A stretch of DNA of 64,000 bases. Origin: Pseudomonadota bacterium (GTDB taxonomy: Bacteria; Pseudomonadota; Alphaproteobacteria; Acetobacterales; Acetobacteraceae). Positions 33,509 to 44,063 of this stretch are shown piece by piece; position 1 is the first letter of the stretch, and every line of letters begins with the position of its first letter. The position numbers were made by a program, and so were the translations under genes. The stretch spans positions 21,191-85,190 of the forward strand of contig JAJZFB010000037.1 of assembly GCA_021805545.1 (NCBI GenBank), written 5' to 3'. The notes beneath the pieces are model-generated. The model was not told the DNA's origin. It made no database searches and saw only the letters and a program-made list of their open reading frames with translations.

Positions 33509-34408
33509 ATGCCGCCCCCGCAGATTGTGCTGGTCACCGGCCTGTCAGGGGCGGGCAAATTATCGGTGCTGCGTGCGTTGGAGGATTTGGGCTTCGAGAC
33601 CGTGGATAACCCGCCGCTGGATGGGCTGCTGGCGCTGGCGGGACAAGCTGAAAAAAACCTTGCCATCGGCGTAGATGCACGCTCGCGCGGCTTTTCAGCC
33701 GAATCGGTGCTGGGAATGCTGGCCCAGTTGCGGCAAGAGCTGCACCTGGCCCCCGCGCTGGTATTTGCCACCGCCACCGACGATGTTTTGCTGCGGCGCT
33801 ATTCCGAAACCAGACGGCGCCACCCGCTGGCCCAGACCGGGGCAATTACCGAGGGCATTGCCCTGGAGCGTGAACTGACCGCGCCGCTGGCCCGCGCCGC
33901 CGACTGGCTGTTCGACACTTCCAACCTGCCCCTGCCCCGGCTGCGCCAGCTCGTTGAGCAGCATTTCGGCGCACAGACCCCCGGAATGGTGATCAACCTT
34001 GTTTCCTTCTCTTACGCCGCGGGCCTGCCGCGTGAAGCAGATCTGGTATTCGATGCGCGCTTCCTGAAAAACCCGCATTATGAACCACATCTGCGTATAC
34101 TTTCCGGCCTCGATCCAGAAATTGGCAGCTTTATAGAGCAAGATCATGATTTTGTGGTATATTTCAAAAAACTTCTGAATCTCATCGAATTTTTATTGCC
34201 GAGATTCGTGCAGGAAGGAAAAAAATATGCAACAATATGCGTCGGATGCACAGGCGGACAGCACAGATCGGTTTACATGGTTGAAAAATTGAGTACCCAT
34301 TTAGCCAAAACAGGCTGGCATGTTGGCGTAACACACCGCGAGGCGGCAAAGTTCGGGGCCGCACAACGCGGTACCCGCACCCCGCTGGCGCCGAACGAGA
34401 AAGAATGA
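33509..34408 (+). CDS. rapZ: RNase adapter protein RapZ (YhbJ)
   Basis: ATG 33509 (or the in-frame GTG at 33500). VLVTGLSGAGKLSVLRALEDLGFETVDNPP, RRYSETRRRHPL, CTGGQHRSV motifs. The track merges it into ORF 32915..34408. Confidence 0.85.
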   Translation: MPPPQIVLVTGLSGAGKLSVLRALEDLGFETVDNPPLDGLLALAGQAEKNLAIGVDARSRGFSAESVLGMLAQLRQELHLAPALVFATATDDVLLRRYSETRRRHPLAQTGAITEGIALERELTAPLARAADWLFDTSNLPLPRLRQLVEQHFGAQTPGMVINLVSFSYAAGLPREADLVFDARFLKNPHYEPHLRILSGLDPEIGSFIEQDHDFVVYFKKLLNLIEFLLPRFVQEGKKYATICVGCTGGQHRSVYMVEKLSTHLAKTGWHVGVTHREAAKFGAAQRGTRTPLAPNEKE

Positions 34409-34432
34409 GCCTCCATAAATGAGCCTCCATAC

Positions 34433-34846
34433 ATGATAGGCATGGTTCTGGTAACCCATGGCACGCTTGCCAACGCGCTGCGCGAAGCCATGGAGCATGT
34501 TGTCGGCAAGCAGAAAAACCTTGCCACGGTCTGCATCGAATCCGATGCTGAATTTGAGGGCCAGCGCGCCGAAATCGCGCGGCGCATGGATGAGGTGAAT
34601 GACGGCGACGGCGTGATTTTGCTCACCGACATGTTTGGCGGCACCCCCTCCAACCTCGCCATGTCCATGGCCTCGCGCCCGGGTGTGGAAATTATCGGCG
34701 GGGTGAACCTGCCCATGCTGGTGAAACTGGCCAAAATTCGCGGCCAGCAGACTTTGGATGAAGCCGTGGCCCATGCCGAAGCCGCAGGGCGAAAATATAT
34801 TTGCTCCGGCCATGACCTCACCTCGCCCTGCCGTGCCGCCGAATGA
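34433..34846 (+). CDS. PTS EIIA component, mannose/fructose family (regulatory EIIA)
   Basis: 137 aa. MIGMVLVTHG (phospho-His region) and LLTDMFGGTPSN. Confidence 0.8.
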   Translation: MIGMVLVTHGTLANALREAMEHVVGKQKNLATVCIESDAEFEGQRAEIARRMDEVNDGDGVILLTDMFGGTPSNLAMSMASRPGVEIIGGVNLPMLVKLAKIRGQQTLDEAVAHAEAAGRKYICSGHDLTSPCRAAE

Positions 34847-35127
34847 TGGATGCGGGGCAAATCAATACCGATGTCACCATCGTCAACCGCCGCGGGCTGC
34901 ACGCGCGCGCCGCCGCCAAGCTGGTGACACTGGCCGAGCAATTTTCCGCGAACGTGGACGTGGTGAAGGACGGACAAGCCGTCTCGGCGCGTTCGATCAT
35001 GGGATTGATGATGCTGGGTGCTGGCATCGGGAGCACGGTGCGCCTCTCAGCCGAGGGGTTCGACGCGAAGGAGGCGCTCGACGCCATTGCCGCCCTCATC
35101 GAGGCCGGCTTTCATGAAACGGACTGA
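34843..35127 (+). CDS. ptsH: phosphocarrier protein HPr/NPr
   Basis: 94 aa. GLHARAAAK (His-15 site) and SARSIMGLMMLG (Ser-46 site). ATGA overlap with EIIA. Confidence 0.85.
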   Translation: MMDAGQINTDVTIVNRRGLHARAAAKLVTLAEQFSANVDVVKDGQAVSARSIMGLMMLGAGIGSTVRLSAEGFDAKEALDAIAALIEAGFHETD

Positions 35128-36886
35128 AGCGGAGCAGCGTTTCACGGGTCATCCTGTCGCGCCAGGAATCGGCATCGGCCCGGTGCATGAGGCCGCTGAA
35201 CCGGAACTGGCGGTGGCATCCCGGCAAATCTCCATCGCTGAGGCAGAGACGGAACTGGCCCGGCTGAACGAGGCGCTGGAGCGCTCGCGCAAGCAGTTGC
35301 ACAAGCTAAAGCACAGGCTGGCGGCCTTGCCCGAGAATTCTCAGGCCGAGCTGGCGCCACTTATGGATATGTACCTGCACATGCTGGGCTCGTCGCGGTT
35401 GCTGAAGGGTGTGCGCCAGCATATCGAAATTGAATTGCTCTGCGCCGAGGCGGCGGTACAAACCGAGACAGAGCGGCAAGCCGACGTGATTATGGCCCAG
35501 CAGGAAACCGACAAAGCCGGGCGCCTGCGCCGCGCCGAGGAAGTGCGCGAACTGGGGCGGCGCGTGGTCCGTAACCTGACGCGTCAGCCCTTCCGCAATT
35601 TTACCGCGCTGCCGGCTGGCAGTATTCTGGCCGCCGAGACATTGCGCCCGGCCGATGCCGCGCTGATACAGCCGGAACGTTTCGCTGGGGTATTCACCGC
35701 CGAGGGCGGCACGGAAGGGCATACAGCGGTCATGCTGCGCGCGCTCGGCCTGCCTGCAGTGCTGGGCGCAGAGGGCGCGCTGGAGAGCATCAAGCCTGGT
35801 ACGCTTACCATTATCGATGGCGATACGGGCGAAATCATCTTCAACCCCAGCCGTGCCAGTATGGAGGTGGCACGCAAGAAGCTGGCGGCCCAGACGCGCG
35901 CCAGGCGGGCCTTGGCACAGTTGGCACACCTGCCCGCCGTAACACGCGACGGCACAAGGGTGGAGTTGCAGGCGAATTTGGAATTGCCCCTGGAATTGCC
36001 CATGATCGCACAATCTGGCGCGCATGGAATCGGGCTGCTGCGCTCGGAATTCATCTTCATGAACCGCGAAACGCTACCCGATGAAGATACGCAGACGCGC
36101 ATCTACAGCACCATCATCGAATCCATGGAAGGCGAACCGGTGACGATCCGCGTGCTGGATTGGGGGTCGGACAAAGAGGTAGAGACGCTCTCGCGTTTTC
36201 TGCCCGAGGAGCTGGAGCCAAATCCGGCGCTTGGCCTGCGCGGCATAAGGCTGTTGCTGCACCATAGAGAGCTTTTGGAAACCCAGCTTGCCGCCATTAT
36301 CCGCGCCTCGGCGCTGGGGCCAGCGCGGATATTGCTGCCCATGATAAGCCAGGCCGCCGAAGTGGTCGAGGCCAGGGCGTGCCTGGCGCGCGTATGGCGG
36401 CGGCTGAAGCGGCGCAAGGGCATGACCCTGCCAGGGGCACCACCGCCACTGGGCATTATGGTGGAAACACCCGCTGCCGCTTTATCCGCGCCCGTTTTGG
36501 CAAAATATGCAGATTTTTTCGCTATCGGTACGAACGACCTGACCATGTACACGCTGGCCGCCGACCGCGCGCTGCCGCCCAGCATGGGGCTGTACAACCC
36601 GCTAACCCCCGCCGTGCTGCGGCTCATTCACCTCACCACGCGTTTTGCCGCGGCAGCGGGGATACCCGTTTCCCTCTGCGGAGAACTGGCCAGCCGGCCG
36701 CAAGCCGTGCCGCTTTTGCTGGGGCTGGGGGTACGCCAATTCTCCATGCACGCCAATGCTGTTCCGGCCGTAAAACAAACCATCCGCGCCGCGGCGCTGG
36801 CGGCTTGCGAGGCCCTGGCGGAGCAAGCGCTGGTAGCGGAAAGTGCTGATGATGTAAGCAAACTTATCGAAGATTCATTAAAGTAA
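35114..36886 (+). CDS. ptsI: phosphoenolpyruvate-protein phosphotransferase (Enzyme I)
   Basis: ATG 35114 inside track ORF 35018..36886. GGTEGHTAVMLRALGLPAV (phospho-His), GIGLLRSEF, GTNDLTMY motifs. About 590 aa with no GAF domain. Confidence 0.85.
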   Translation: MKRTEAEQRFTGHPVAPGIGIGPVHEAAEPELAVASRQISIAEAETELARLNEALERSRKQLHKLKHRLAALPENSQAELAPLMDMYLHMLGSSRLLKGVRQHIEIELLCAEAAVQTETERQADVIMAQQETDKAGRLRRAEEVRELGRRVVRNLTRQPFRNFTALPAGSILAAETLRPADAALIQPERFAGVFTAEGGTEGHTAVMLRALGLPAVLGAEGALESIKPGTLTIIDGDTGEIIFNPSRASMEVARKKLAAQTRARRALAQLAHLPAVTRDGTRVELQANLELPLELPMIAQSGAHGIGLLRSEFIFMNRETLPDEDTQTRIYSTIIESMEGEPVTIRVLDWGSDKEVETLSRFLPEELEPNPALGLRGIRLLLHHRELLETQLAAIIRASALGPARILLPMISQAAEVVEARACLARVWRRLKRRKGMTLPGAPPPLGIMVETPAAALSAPVLAKYADFFAIGTNDLTMYTLAADRALPPSMGLYNPLTPAVLRLIHLTTRFAAAAGIPVSLCGELASRPQAVPLLLGLGVRQFSMHANAVPAVKQTIRAAALAACEALAEQALVAESADDVSKLIEDSLK

Positions 36887-36889
36887 CAA

Positions 36890-38050
36890 TTAAACCGCTT
36901 TGCCCGCCGCGTGGCCGCTAGCCCAAGCCCATTGAAAATTATAGCCGCCGAGCCAGCCCGTTACATCCACTGCCTCGCCAATAAAGAACAGGCCGGGCAC
37001 GTTTTTGGCGCCGCATGTCTTGGAATTCAGCCCCTCCGTATCCACGCCGCCAGCGGTAACCTCGGCTTTCGCGAAGCCCTCATTGCCTGTGGGGGTTAGC
37101 GGATAGGCGTTCAGCCTGGTGCCCAGGGCGCGCAGGGCTTTATCCGGCAGCTCCGCCATGCGGCCCGCGCCAGCAAAATGTGCGGCGAGGCGCGCGGGCA
37201 GGTATTCGGCGAGGATGGTCTTAAGCTCGGCCTTCGGGCGGCGCGCTTTGGCGTCCGGCAGGGCGGCATCCAGCCTTGTGGCGGGGCAAAAATCGGCCAT
37301 GAAGCCTTGGCCGGGGGCAAGGTAAGATGAGATTTGCAGCACCGCCGGGCCAGAGAGGCCGCGATGGGTGAAAAGCAGGTTCTCGGCAAAGCCATGCTTG
37401 CCCGCCTGCACCCGCGCCGCCACGGACACACCGGCGAGACGCCGCATCCAGTCCATATCTTCCCCCGAGAAGGTTAGTGGCACCAGCGCCGGGCGGGGTG
37501 GCACAACCCGCAAGCCAAATTGTTTCGCCACATCATACGCAAACCCCGTGGCGCCGAGCTTGGGAATGGAAAGTCCGCCCGTGGCCACCACCAAAGCGGG
37601 TGCCGAAAACGTGCCGCGTGTTGTTTCTGCTGTGAAGTGGCCGTTATGGGAGATGGCCCGCACTGCCGCATTCAGGCGGATATCCGCACCTGCCGCGCGG
37701 GCCAGGAGCATATCCAGTATCTGCCGGGCTGAACCATCACAAAAAAGCTGACCAAGGGTTTTCTCGTGCCAGGCAATACCGGCCCGCTCCACCAGCACCA
37801 GAAAATCATCCGGGGAAAACTGGGCCAGGGCGGATTTGCAGAAATGCGGATTGGATGAGAGAAAATGCGCGGCTGCGGCATCGCGGTTGGTAAAATTGCA
37901 CCGCCCGCCGCCGGAGATGAGAATTTTGCAGCCTGGTTCCGGCCTGTGCTCCAGCACCAGCACGCGCTTGCCCCGCGCCACGGCGGTACCGGCACAGAAC
38001 AACCCCGCGGCACCCGCGCCGATCATGATAAAATCGTATGTTTGGTTCAT
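36890..38050 (-). CDS. BaiN/HI0933-family NAD(P)/FAD-dependent oxidoreductase
   Basis: 386 aa. DFIMIGAGAAGLFCA dinucleotide fold and ILISGGGRCNFTN signature. Confidence 0.8.
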   Translation of the reverse strand: MNQTYDFIMIGAGAAGLFCAGTAVARGKRVLVLEHRPEPGCKILISGGGRCNFTNRDAAAAHFLSSNPHFCKSALAQFSPDDFLVLVERAGIAWHEKTLGQLFCDGSARQILDMLLARAAGADIRLNAAVRAISHNGHFTAETTRGTFSAPALVVATGGLSIPKLGATGFAYDVAKQFGLRVVPPRPALVPLTFSGEDMDWMRRLAGVSVAARVQAGKHGFAENLLFTHRGLSGPAVLQISSYLAPGQGFMADFCPATRLDAALPDAKARRPKAELKTILAEYLPARLAAHFAGAGRMAELPDKALRALGTRLNAYPLTPTGNEGFAKAEVTAGGVDTEGLNSKTCGAKNVPGLFFIGEAVDVTGWLGGYNFQWAWASGHAAGKAV

Positions 38051-38060
38051 GCGCGTGCTC

Positions 38061-38948
38061 TTAGCGCCCCATTCCGGCTACGGCCAGAAACTGGCCTATG
38101 ACGGGGGAATGCTCGGCATGGCGGCAGGCCAACAGCAACTCTGACTGCAAGGCCATGCCCGCCACGGGGCGCAGCACCACACCGGGCAAAGCAAGGTTGC
38201 GCGCGCTCTCCGGCACCAGCGCAGCGCCCAGCCCAGAGGCAACAGCGGTGAGGACGGTGAGGAAATCGCGAACCGGGGGCAGAATGGCGGGGGTAAAGCC
38301 GCCTTTTTCGCCCAACGCCCGCAACCGGAACAAAAAGCCCGCTTCTTCGCCAAAGTGAGGAAGTATAAATTTATGCGCGGCCAATTCGGCAGGGGCGAGC
38401 ACGGCCTTGCCCGCCAGCGCATCACCTTCCGGCAGGGCGATGAGCAAAGCGTCATGCGCGAGGCTGCTGACGCGCACTTCCATGGGGTATGACGCGCGGC
38501 CACGCAAAAAGCCAAGATCAAGCCGCCCAGCGGCGAGTTCCTCTAACTGGCGGGGGGTTTCCATCTCGCGCAGATGCACCTCTACCCCCGGCGCGGCCTG
38601 GCGGTAGCGGCGCACGCAGGCTGCCACCAGCCCGGCCCAGGCGGCAGAGGCCACAAAGCCTATTTCCAGCCGCCCGGCCTCACCCCGCGCCGCGCGCCGG
38701 CCCAGGGTCTCGCCGCGCTCCGCCTGGCGGAGAATCGCCTTGGCCTCGGGCAGAAACAGCGCGCCGGTAGAGGTGAGCGAGACGGTGGAGCGCTTGGAGC
38801 GGTTGAATAATTTGCCGCCCAGCGCGGCCTCCAGCCCCGCGATGAGGCGGGACACGCCAGATTGGGTGGTGCCGAGCCGGTCCGCCGCGCGGGCGAAATG
38901 GCGTTCCTCGGCGAGGATTTCGAAGCAGCGGAGCTGGCGCAGTTCCAT
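38061..38948 (-). CDS. LysR-family transcriptional regulator (GcdR-like, divergent from gcdH)
   Basis: 295 aa. MELRQLRCFEILAEERHFARAADRLGTTQSGVSRLI HTH. Confidence 0.85.
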   Translation of the reverse strand: MELRQLRCFEILAEERHFARAADRLGTTQSGVSRLIAGLEAALGGKLFNRSKRSTVSLTSTGALFLPEAKAILRQAERGETLGRRAARGEAGRLEIGFVASAAWAGLVAACVRRYRQAAPGVEVHLREMETPRQLEELAAGRLDLGFLRGRASYPMEVRVSSLAHDALLIALPEGDALAGKAVLAPAELAAHKFILPHFGEEAGFLFRLRALGEKGGFTPAILPPVRDFLTVLTAVASGLGAALVPESARNLALPGVVLRPVAGMALQSELLLACRHAEHSPVIGQFLAVAGMGR

Positions 38949-39051
38949 AAATGCAGTTTAATCCTAATTTTGCATTAAAACAGTGTTTTTAATCTAATTG
39001 CCTGGAACGCGCTTTTGCGCGAGAAGTAGCCGGAAATGAGGAGAAGCTGAC

Positions 39052-40230
39052 ATGGCCAAAGGCAAAATGGCGTCTTTCGATTGGACGGACGCGCTGCGTC
39101 TTGAAGATTGCTTGAACGAGGAAGAGCGCGCCATACGCGATGCCGCCCATGCCTATGCCCAGGGCAAGCTGCAGCCGCGCGTGCTGAAGGCCTACCGCGC
39201 GGAAAAATTCGACCGCGAGATTATGAACGAGCTGGGCGAGCTGGGCTTTCTTGGCGCCACCCTCGCCACCCATGGCTGCGCCGATGTCTCCTACGTGGCC
39301 TACGGGCTGATCGCGCGCGAGGTGGAGCGCGTGGATAGCGGCTACCGCTCGGCTTTTTCCGTGCAATCCAGCCTGGTGATGTACCCCATTTATGCCTACG
39401 GCCAGCAGGCGCTGAAGGATGGGATTCTGCCCAAGCTGCGCACCGGCGAATATGTGGGCTGCTTTGGCCTGACAGAGCCGGATGCGGGATCCGACCCGGC
39501 CTCGATGCGCACACATGCGAAGAAAGTGGAGGGCGGCTATCTGCTCTCCGGCTCCAAAACCTGGATTACCAACGCGCCGATTGCCGATGTGTGCGTGGTG
39601 TGGGCCAAGGACGAGGCTGGGGATATTCGCGGCTTTGTTATCGAGCGCGGGGCAAAGGGGCTGGAGACGCCGAAGATCGAAGGCAAGCTCAGCCTGCGCG
39701 CCTCCATCACCGGTATGATTATGATGGACGAGGTGTTCGTGCCGGATGACGCGGTGCTGGATGTGAAGGGCCTGCGCGGGCCGTTCTCCTGCCTCAACAA
39801 TGCGCGCTACGGCATTGCCTGGGGCGCGCTGGGCGCGGCGGAATTCTGCTTCCACGCCGCGCGCGAGTACACGCTGGGGCGCAAGATGTTCGGCCGGCCG
39901 CTGGCCAATACGCAGCTTGTGCAGAAGAAACTCGCCGATATGCTCACCGAGATCACGCTTGGGCTGCATGGCGTGCTGCAACTGGGGCGGCTGATGGATG
40001 CGGGACAGGCCGCGCCGGAAATGATTTCTCTGCTCAAGCGCAATAATTGTGGCAAGGCGCTGGATATTGCCCGCGTTGCCCGCGACATGCATGGCGGCAA
40101 TGGCATTTCCGACGAGTACCATGTGATGCGGCACATGGTGAATTTGGAGACGGTGAACACCTATGAAGGCGCGCATGACGTGCATGCGCTCATCCTGGGC
40201 CGGGCGATTACCGGACTGGCCGCGTTCTAA
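39052..40230 (+). CDS. gcdH: glutaryl-CoA dehydrogenase (acyl-CoA dehydrogenase family)
   Basis: 392 aa. [19 protein letters not shown]-terminus, [10 protein letters not shown], and the C-terminal [20 protein letters not shown] pattern typical of GCDH. Confidence 0.85.
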   Translation: MAKGKMASFDWTDALRLEDCLNEEERAIRDAAHAYAQGKLQPRVLKAYRAEKFDREIMNELGELGFLGATLATHGCADVSYVAYGLIAREVERVDSGYRSAFSVQSSLVMYPIYAYGQQALKDGILPKLRTGEYVGCFGLTEPDAGSDPASMRTHAKKVEGGYLLSGSKTWITNAPIADVCVVWAKDEAGDIRGFVIERGAKGLETPKIEGKLSLRASITGMIMMDEVFVPDDAVLDVKGLRGPFSCLNNARYGIAWGALGAAEFCFHAAREYTLGRKMFGRPLANTQLVQKKLADMLTEITLGLHGVLQLGRLMDAGQAAPEMISLLKRNNCGKALDIARVARDMHGGNGISDEYHVMRHMVNLETVNTYEGAHDVHALILGRAITGLAAF

Positions 40231-41408
40231 CTGCTTTCGATGACCGCCAGCGTATGCTTGGCGATCATCGCTTCCTCGTTCGTGGGAATCACGAACACGG
40301 TTACATCGGATGATGGGCTGGAGATGATCTGGGCGTTGGCGCGGTTGGCCGCTTCGTCCAGGCTCACGCCAATCCATTCCAGCCCTTCCAGCACGCGGGC
40401 GCGTATCTGCCAGGCATTTTCGCCAATGCCGCCGCAGAACACGATGGCATCCAGCCCTTGCAGCGCCGCCGCCAGCCCGCCACATTCGCGGCGGATGCGG
40501 AACACGAAATAATCAATCGCCTCGCGCGCGGGCTGCGTATCCGCAGCCAGCAGCATCCGCATATCGCCAGAAATGCCGGAGAGGCCTTTCAAGCCGGATT
40601 CGTTATAAAGCAGATGCGTGATGGCATCCGGCGTCATGCCCTTTTCCTGCAACAGATACAGCACCACACCGGGGTCGAGCTGGCCGCAGCGCGTGCCCAT
40701 GGGCAGGCCATCCACCGCGGTGAAGCCCATGGAGCTGGCGATGGAGCGGCCATCGCGTATGGCGCACATGGAGGCGCCATTGCCCAGATGCGCCACCACC
40801 ACCCGCCCAGCGGCATGGCGCGGGGCAATCTCGCGCAGGCGGTGGCAGATATATTCGTAGGACAGGCCATGAAAGCCGTAGCGGCGCACGCCTTCGTCGT
40901 ACAAGGCCCGGGGCAGCGCGAATGTGTCGTTTACAAACGGATGCGAGCGGTGGAACGAGGTGTCAAAACACGCTACCTGCCGCACATGCGGCCAAGCCGC
41001 CTGGGCAGCGATGATGCCAGCGATATTGTGCGGCTCATGCAAGGGCGCCAGCTTGGTAAGGGTGTTTAGGTAGGCCAGCACCTCGTCCGTTATCAGCACG
41101 GGGGTGCTGTAACGCAGCCCGCCATGCACCACGCGGTGCCCGGCGGCAATAACATCGGCGCCGGGGAAAGCAGCCTTGCGCCAAGCCAGCACGCGGTGCA
41201 GCGCATCCTCGTGGAACCCTGCCGCCGCCTGCGTCCAATTCTCCTCAAAGGTTACGGTGCCATCCGGCCCGCGCACGCGCATATGCCTGGCCTCACCCAG
41301 GCGCTCCACCAGCCCCAGCGCCAAAGCCCGCGGCTCACCACGGTCCAGCGCGAAAAGCGCGAATTTGATGGAGGAAGAACCTGCATTCAACGTTACCACA
41401 TGCGTCAT
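40227..41408 (-). CDS. ackA: acetate kinase
   Basis: ATG 41408-41406 gives [26 protein letters not shown] and [13 protein letters not shown] motifs. Its stop codon interlocks with the gcdH stop (CTAA). Confidence 0.9.
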   Translation of the reverse strand: MTHVVTLNAGSSSIKFALFALDRGEPRALALGLVERLGEARHMRVRGPDGTVTFEENWTQAAAGFHEDALHRVLAWRKAAFPGADVIAAGHRVVHGGLRYSTPVLITDEVLAYLNTLTKLAPLHEPHNIAGIIAAQAAWPHVRQVACFDTSFHRSHPFVNDTFALPRALYDEGVRRYGFHGLSYEYICHRLREIAPRHAAGRVVVAHLGNGASMCAIRDGRSIASSMGFTAVDGLPMGTRCGQLDPGVVLYLLQEKGMTPDAITHLLYNESGLKGLSGISGDMRMLLAADTQPAREAIDYFVFRIRRECGGLAAALQGLDAIVFCGGIGENAWQIRARVLEGLEWIGVSLDEAANRANAQIISSPSSDVTVFVIPTNEEAMIAKHTLAVIESS

Positions 41409-41578
41409 GGCCAGCCTTTCTTGGATATGCGCCCGCCCGCGGCCATGCCATGGCGCGCGCCAGGGCATTCATATCCGCTATATCACAGAGCGCTGACCAT
41501 GATCCTGAGCAAACCGGCTGGCAAAGTGCCGCCCGGCCTCTTTGACCCGTGGCATTTTGCGGCTACACTGCCACCCGT

Positions 41579-41665
41579 GCGGGCGTGGCGAAACCGGTAG
41601 ACGCAACGGACTTAAAATCCGTTGGGAGCAATCCCGTGCCGGTTCGATTCCGGCCGCCCGCACCA
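41579..41665 (+). tRNA. tRNA-Leu (anticodon TAA)
   Basis: GCGGGCG/CGCCCGC acceptor, anticodon arm ACGGA-CTTAAAA-TCCGT, long variable arm (GGGAGCAATCCC), T-arm CCGGTTCGATTCCGG, encoded CCA. 87 nt. Confidence 0.85.
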
Positions 41666-41717
41666 GGCAAAACATAGGGGCGCGGGCCACACCGCTTGCG
41701 CCCAGCCGGCCCTCTTC

Positions 41718-41757
41718 CTGTCACATAAACTTCACGTTACTGTCATCGTACTGTCAC
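41718..41757 (+). promoter_or_regulatory. double Pho box (four 7-nt direct repeats at 11-nt phasing)
   Basis: CTGTCAC-ATAA-ACTTCAC-GTTA-CTGTCAT-CGTA-CTGTCAC. The last pair is a near-perfect CTGTCAT-N4-CTGTCAT PhoB site, about 25 nt upstream of the pstB start. Confidence 0.7.
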
Positions 41758-41780
41758 AGACCTTCCTTATTGAAGCGTCC

Positions 41781-42608
41781 ATGGAAATAGCGAGTCAGAA
41801 GATGTCCACCCAAGCCGCCTTCCCCGCGCCATTCGCCCATTCGGCGGCCGGGCCCGTGCCACGCGTCTCCATCCGTAATCTCAATTTCTATTACGGGGCA
41901 ACGCACGCGCTCAAAAATGTCTCCATCAATTTCCCCGACCGCCAGACCACGGCCATGATCGGCCCCTCCGGCTGCGGCAAATCCACGCTCCTGCGCATCC
42001 TCAACCGCATGTACGACCTCTACCCCGGCCAGCGCGCCGAGGGCGAGGTGATGATCGGCAGCCAGAACATCCTGGACCCCGGCCTCAACCTCAACCTGCT
42101 GCGCCGCCGCGTCGGCATGGTGTTCCAAAAACCAACGCCCTTCCCTAAATCCATTTATGAGAACGTAGTGTTTGGCGTCCGCCTGCACGAGAAGCTGGGC
42201 AAGGCAGAGATGGATGAGCGCGTGGAATGGGCGCTCACCCGCTCCGCCCTGTGGGGCGAGGTTAAGGACCGCCTGAACAGCTCCGCGCTTGGCCTTTCCG
42301 GCGGCCAGCAGCAGCGCCTGTGCATCGCGCGCTCCATCGCCGTCCGGCCGGAGGTTCTGCTGCTCGACGAGCCAACCTCCGCGCTCGACCCCATCAGCAC
42401 GCTTAAAATCGAAGAGCTGGTGGATGAGTTGAAACAGGATTTCACCATCGTCATCGTCACGCACAACATGCAGCAGGCCGGGCGCTGCGCCGACCAGGTG
42501 GCCTTTTTTTATCTGGGCGAATTGGTGGAAGCTGGCCCCTCCAGCCAGATTTTCACCGCGCCGCGCGAGCGCAAAACGCAAGAATACATCACCGGCCGGT
42601 TCGGCTAA
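41781..42608 (+). CDS. pstB: phosphate ABC transporter ATP-binding protein
   Basis: ATG 41781 inside track ORF 41622..42608. [50 protein letters not shown]. Confidence 0.9.
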   Translation: MEIASQKMSTQAAFPAPFAHSAAGPVPRVSIRNLNFYYGATHALKNVSINFPDRQTTAMIGPSGCGKSTLLRILNRMYDLYPGQRAEGEVMIGSQNILDPGLNLNLLRRRVGMVFQKPTPFPKSIYENVVFGVRLHEKLGKAEMDERVEWALTRSALWGEVKDRLNSSALGLSGGQQQRLCIARSIAVRPEVLLLDEPTSALDPISTLKIEELVDELKQDFTIVIVTHNMQQAGRCADQVAFFYLGELVEAGPSSQIFTAPRERKTQEYITGRFG

Positions 42609-42619
42609 CGGAGTCCTTC

Positions 42620-43339
42620 ATGCCCAGCGAACCAAAACATATCGTCACCAGCTTTGAAGCCGACCTGAAGAAGCTGCGTGACATGATCGCCACCATGGGC
42701 GGGCTGGTGGAGCGCGCCGTGGCCGACGCCAGCGCCGCACTACTCACCCGCAATGCTGAACTCGCCGCCCACGTCATCGAGAACGATCCGGCGATTGACG
42801 CCGAGCAGCATGCGGTGGAACAATTCGCCGTCCGCCTGCTTGCCCTGCGTCAGCCCGTGGCGGACGATCTGCGCCACGTCATCCAGGCCCTGAAAGTTGT
42901 TACAGACCTGGAGCGTGTTGGTGACTATGCCGCCAATATCGCCAAGCGCTCCATCGTGGTCAACCAGGTCGCCAGCAGCTTCTCGCTCTCCAGCCTGCGG
43001 CAAATGTCCATGCTGGTGCAGCAAAACCTTAAAAGCTGTATCGACACGGTGGGCGAAGCCAACCCCGGCAAGGCCATCGCGGTATGGCGTGCCGACCAGA
43101 TGGTGGACGATCTCTACAACACCATCTTCCGCGAGCTCATCACTTACATGATGGAAGATGCACGCAACATCACCGCCTGCACGCATCTACTCTTCATCGC
43201 CAAGAACCTGGAGCGCATCGGCGACCACACCACCAACATCGCCGAGCTGACCTATTATGCCGTCACCGGCGAAAACCTGCCCGATTTCCGCCCCAAGGGC
43301 GACCAAACCTCGGCCTATGTCCACAACCTCAATGTATAA
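42620..43339 (+). CDS. phoU: phosphate signalling complex protein PhoU
   Basis: 239 aa. Two PhoU repeats with the DLERVGDYAANIAK and NLERIGDHTTNIAE motifs. Confidence 0.9.
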   Translation: MPSEPKHIVTSFEADLKKLRDMIATMGGLVERAVADASAALLTRNAELAAHVIENDPAIDAEQHAVEQFAVRLLALRQPVADDLRHVIQALKVVTDLERVGDYAANIAKRSIVVNQVASSFSLSSLRQMSMLVQQNLKSCIDTVGEANPGKAIAVWRADQMVDDLYNTIFRELITYMMEDARNITACTHLLFIAKNLERIGDHTTNIAELTYYAVTGENLPDFRPKGDQTSAYVHNLNV

Positions 43340-43341
43340 TC

Positions 43342-44058
43342 ATGTCCGACACCAGTAAGCCCTATATTCTCATCGTTGAAGACGAAGCCCCGCTCGTCAC
43401 CCTGCTGCGCTATAACCTGGAAAAGCAAGGCTTCCGGGTGGAGGACGCGGGCGATGGCGGCGAAGCCCTCACCCGCATCACCGAAGCCCCGCCCGATTTG
43501 CTGCTGCTGGATTGGATGCTCCCCACAATGTCGGGCATCGAGCTTTGCCGGCAGCTACGCCGCCGCCCTGCCACACGCCAGCTTCCCATCATCATGCTCA
43601 CCGCCCGCGCCGAAGACCAGGACGCGGTCCGCGGGCTGGATACGGGCGCGGATGACTATATCACCAAGCCGTTCTCCACTGAAGCGCTCATCGCCCGTAT
43701 CCGCGCCTTGCTGCGCCGTTCCGGTGCGGTGCCGCAAAAGCTCAAGCTCAATTTCCACGACATCTCGCTGGACCCGGCCTCGCACCGCGTGCTGCGCAAC
43801 GGCCGCGCCCTGCATCTCGGCCCCACCGAGTTCCGCCTGCTGGAATTCTTCCTCCGCCACCCCAAGCGCGTTTTCTCGCGCGAGGACGTGCTGAACGCCG
43901 TCTGGGGCCGTGACATCCATGTGGAACCCCGCACCGTGGACGTGCACATACGCCGCCTGCGCAAAGCCATTAACGGCCCGGGCGAGGTGGACATCGTGCG
44001 CACCGTCCGCGCCGCCGGCTACGCGCTGGACCTGGACGAACCCGCCAGCGCGGCTTGA
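43342..44058 (+). CDS. phoB: phosphate regulon response regulator PhoB (OmpR family)
   Basis: ATG 43342 inside track ORF 43084..44058. ILIVEDEAPL, LLLLDWMLPTMSG, winged-helix LGPTEFRLLEFF...RTVDVHIRRLRKA. Confidence 0.9.
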   Translation: MSDTSKPYILIVEDEAPLVTLLRYNLEKQGFRVEDAGDGGEALTRITEAPPDLLLLDWMLPTMSGIELCRQLRRRPATRQLPIIMLTARAEDQDAVRGLDTGADDYITKPFSTEALIARIRALLRRSGAVPQKLKLNFHDISLDPASHRVLRNGRALHLGPTEFRLLEFFLRHPKRVFSREDVLNAVWGRDIHVEPRTVDVHIRRLRKAINGPGEVDIVRTVRAAGYALDLDEPASAA

Positions 44059-44063
44059 AAAGC

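Noticed and set aside
32915-34408. Single 497-aa ORF spanning hprK and rapZ. The long N-terminal extensions of ORFs 7877..9427, 7240..8715, 6191..7270, 12636..13970, 43084..44058 and 58508..59974 are the same kind of case.
   Set aside because: The upstream parts are out of frame with, or overlap, neighbouring genes and lack motifs. Internal starts give proteins of normal length with proper N-termini and, where visible, ribosome-binding sites.
38989-40485. 498-aa minus-strand ORF
   Set aside because: Antisense to glutaryl-CoA dehydrogenase. Shadow ORF.
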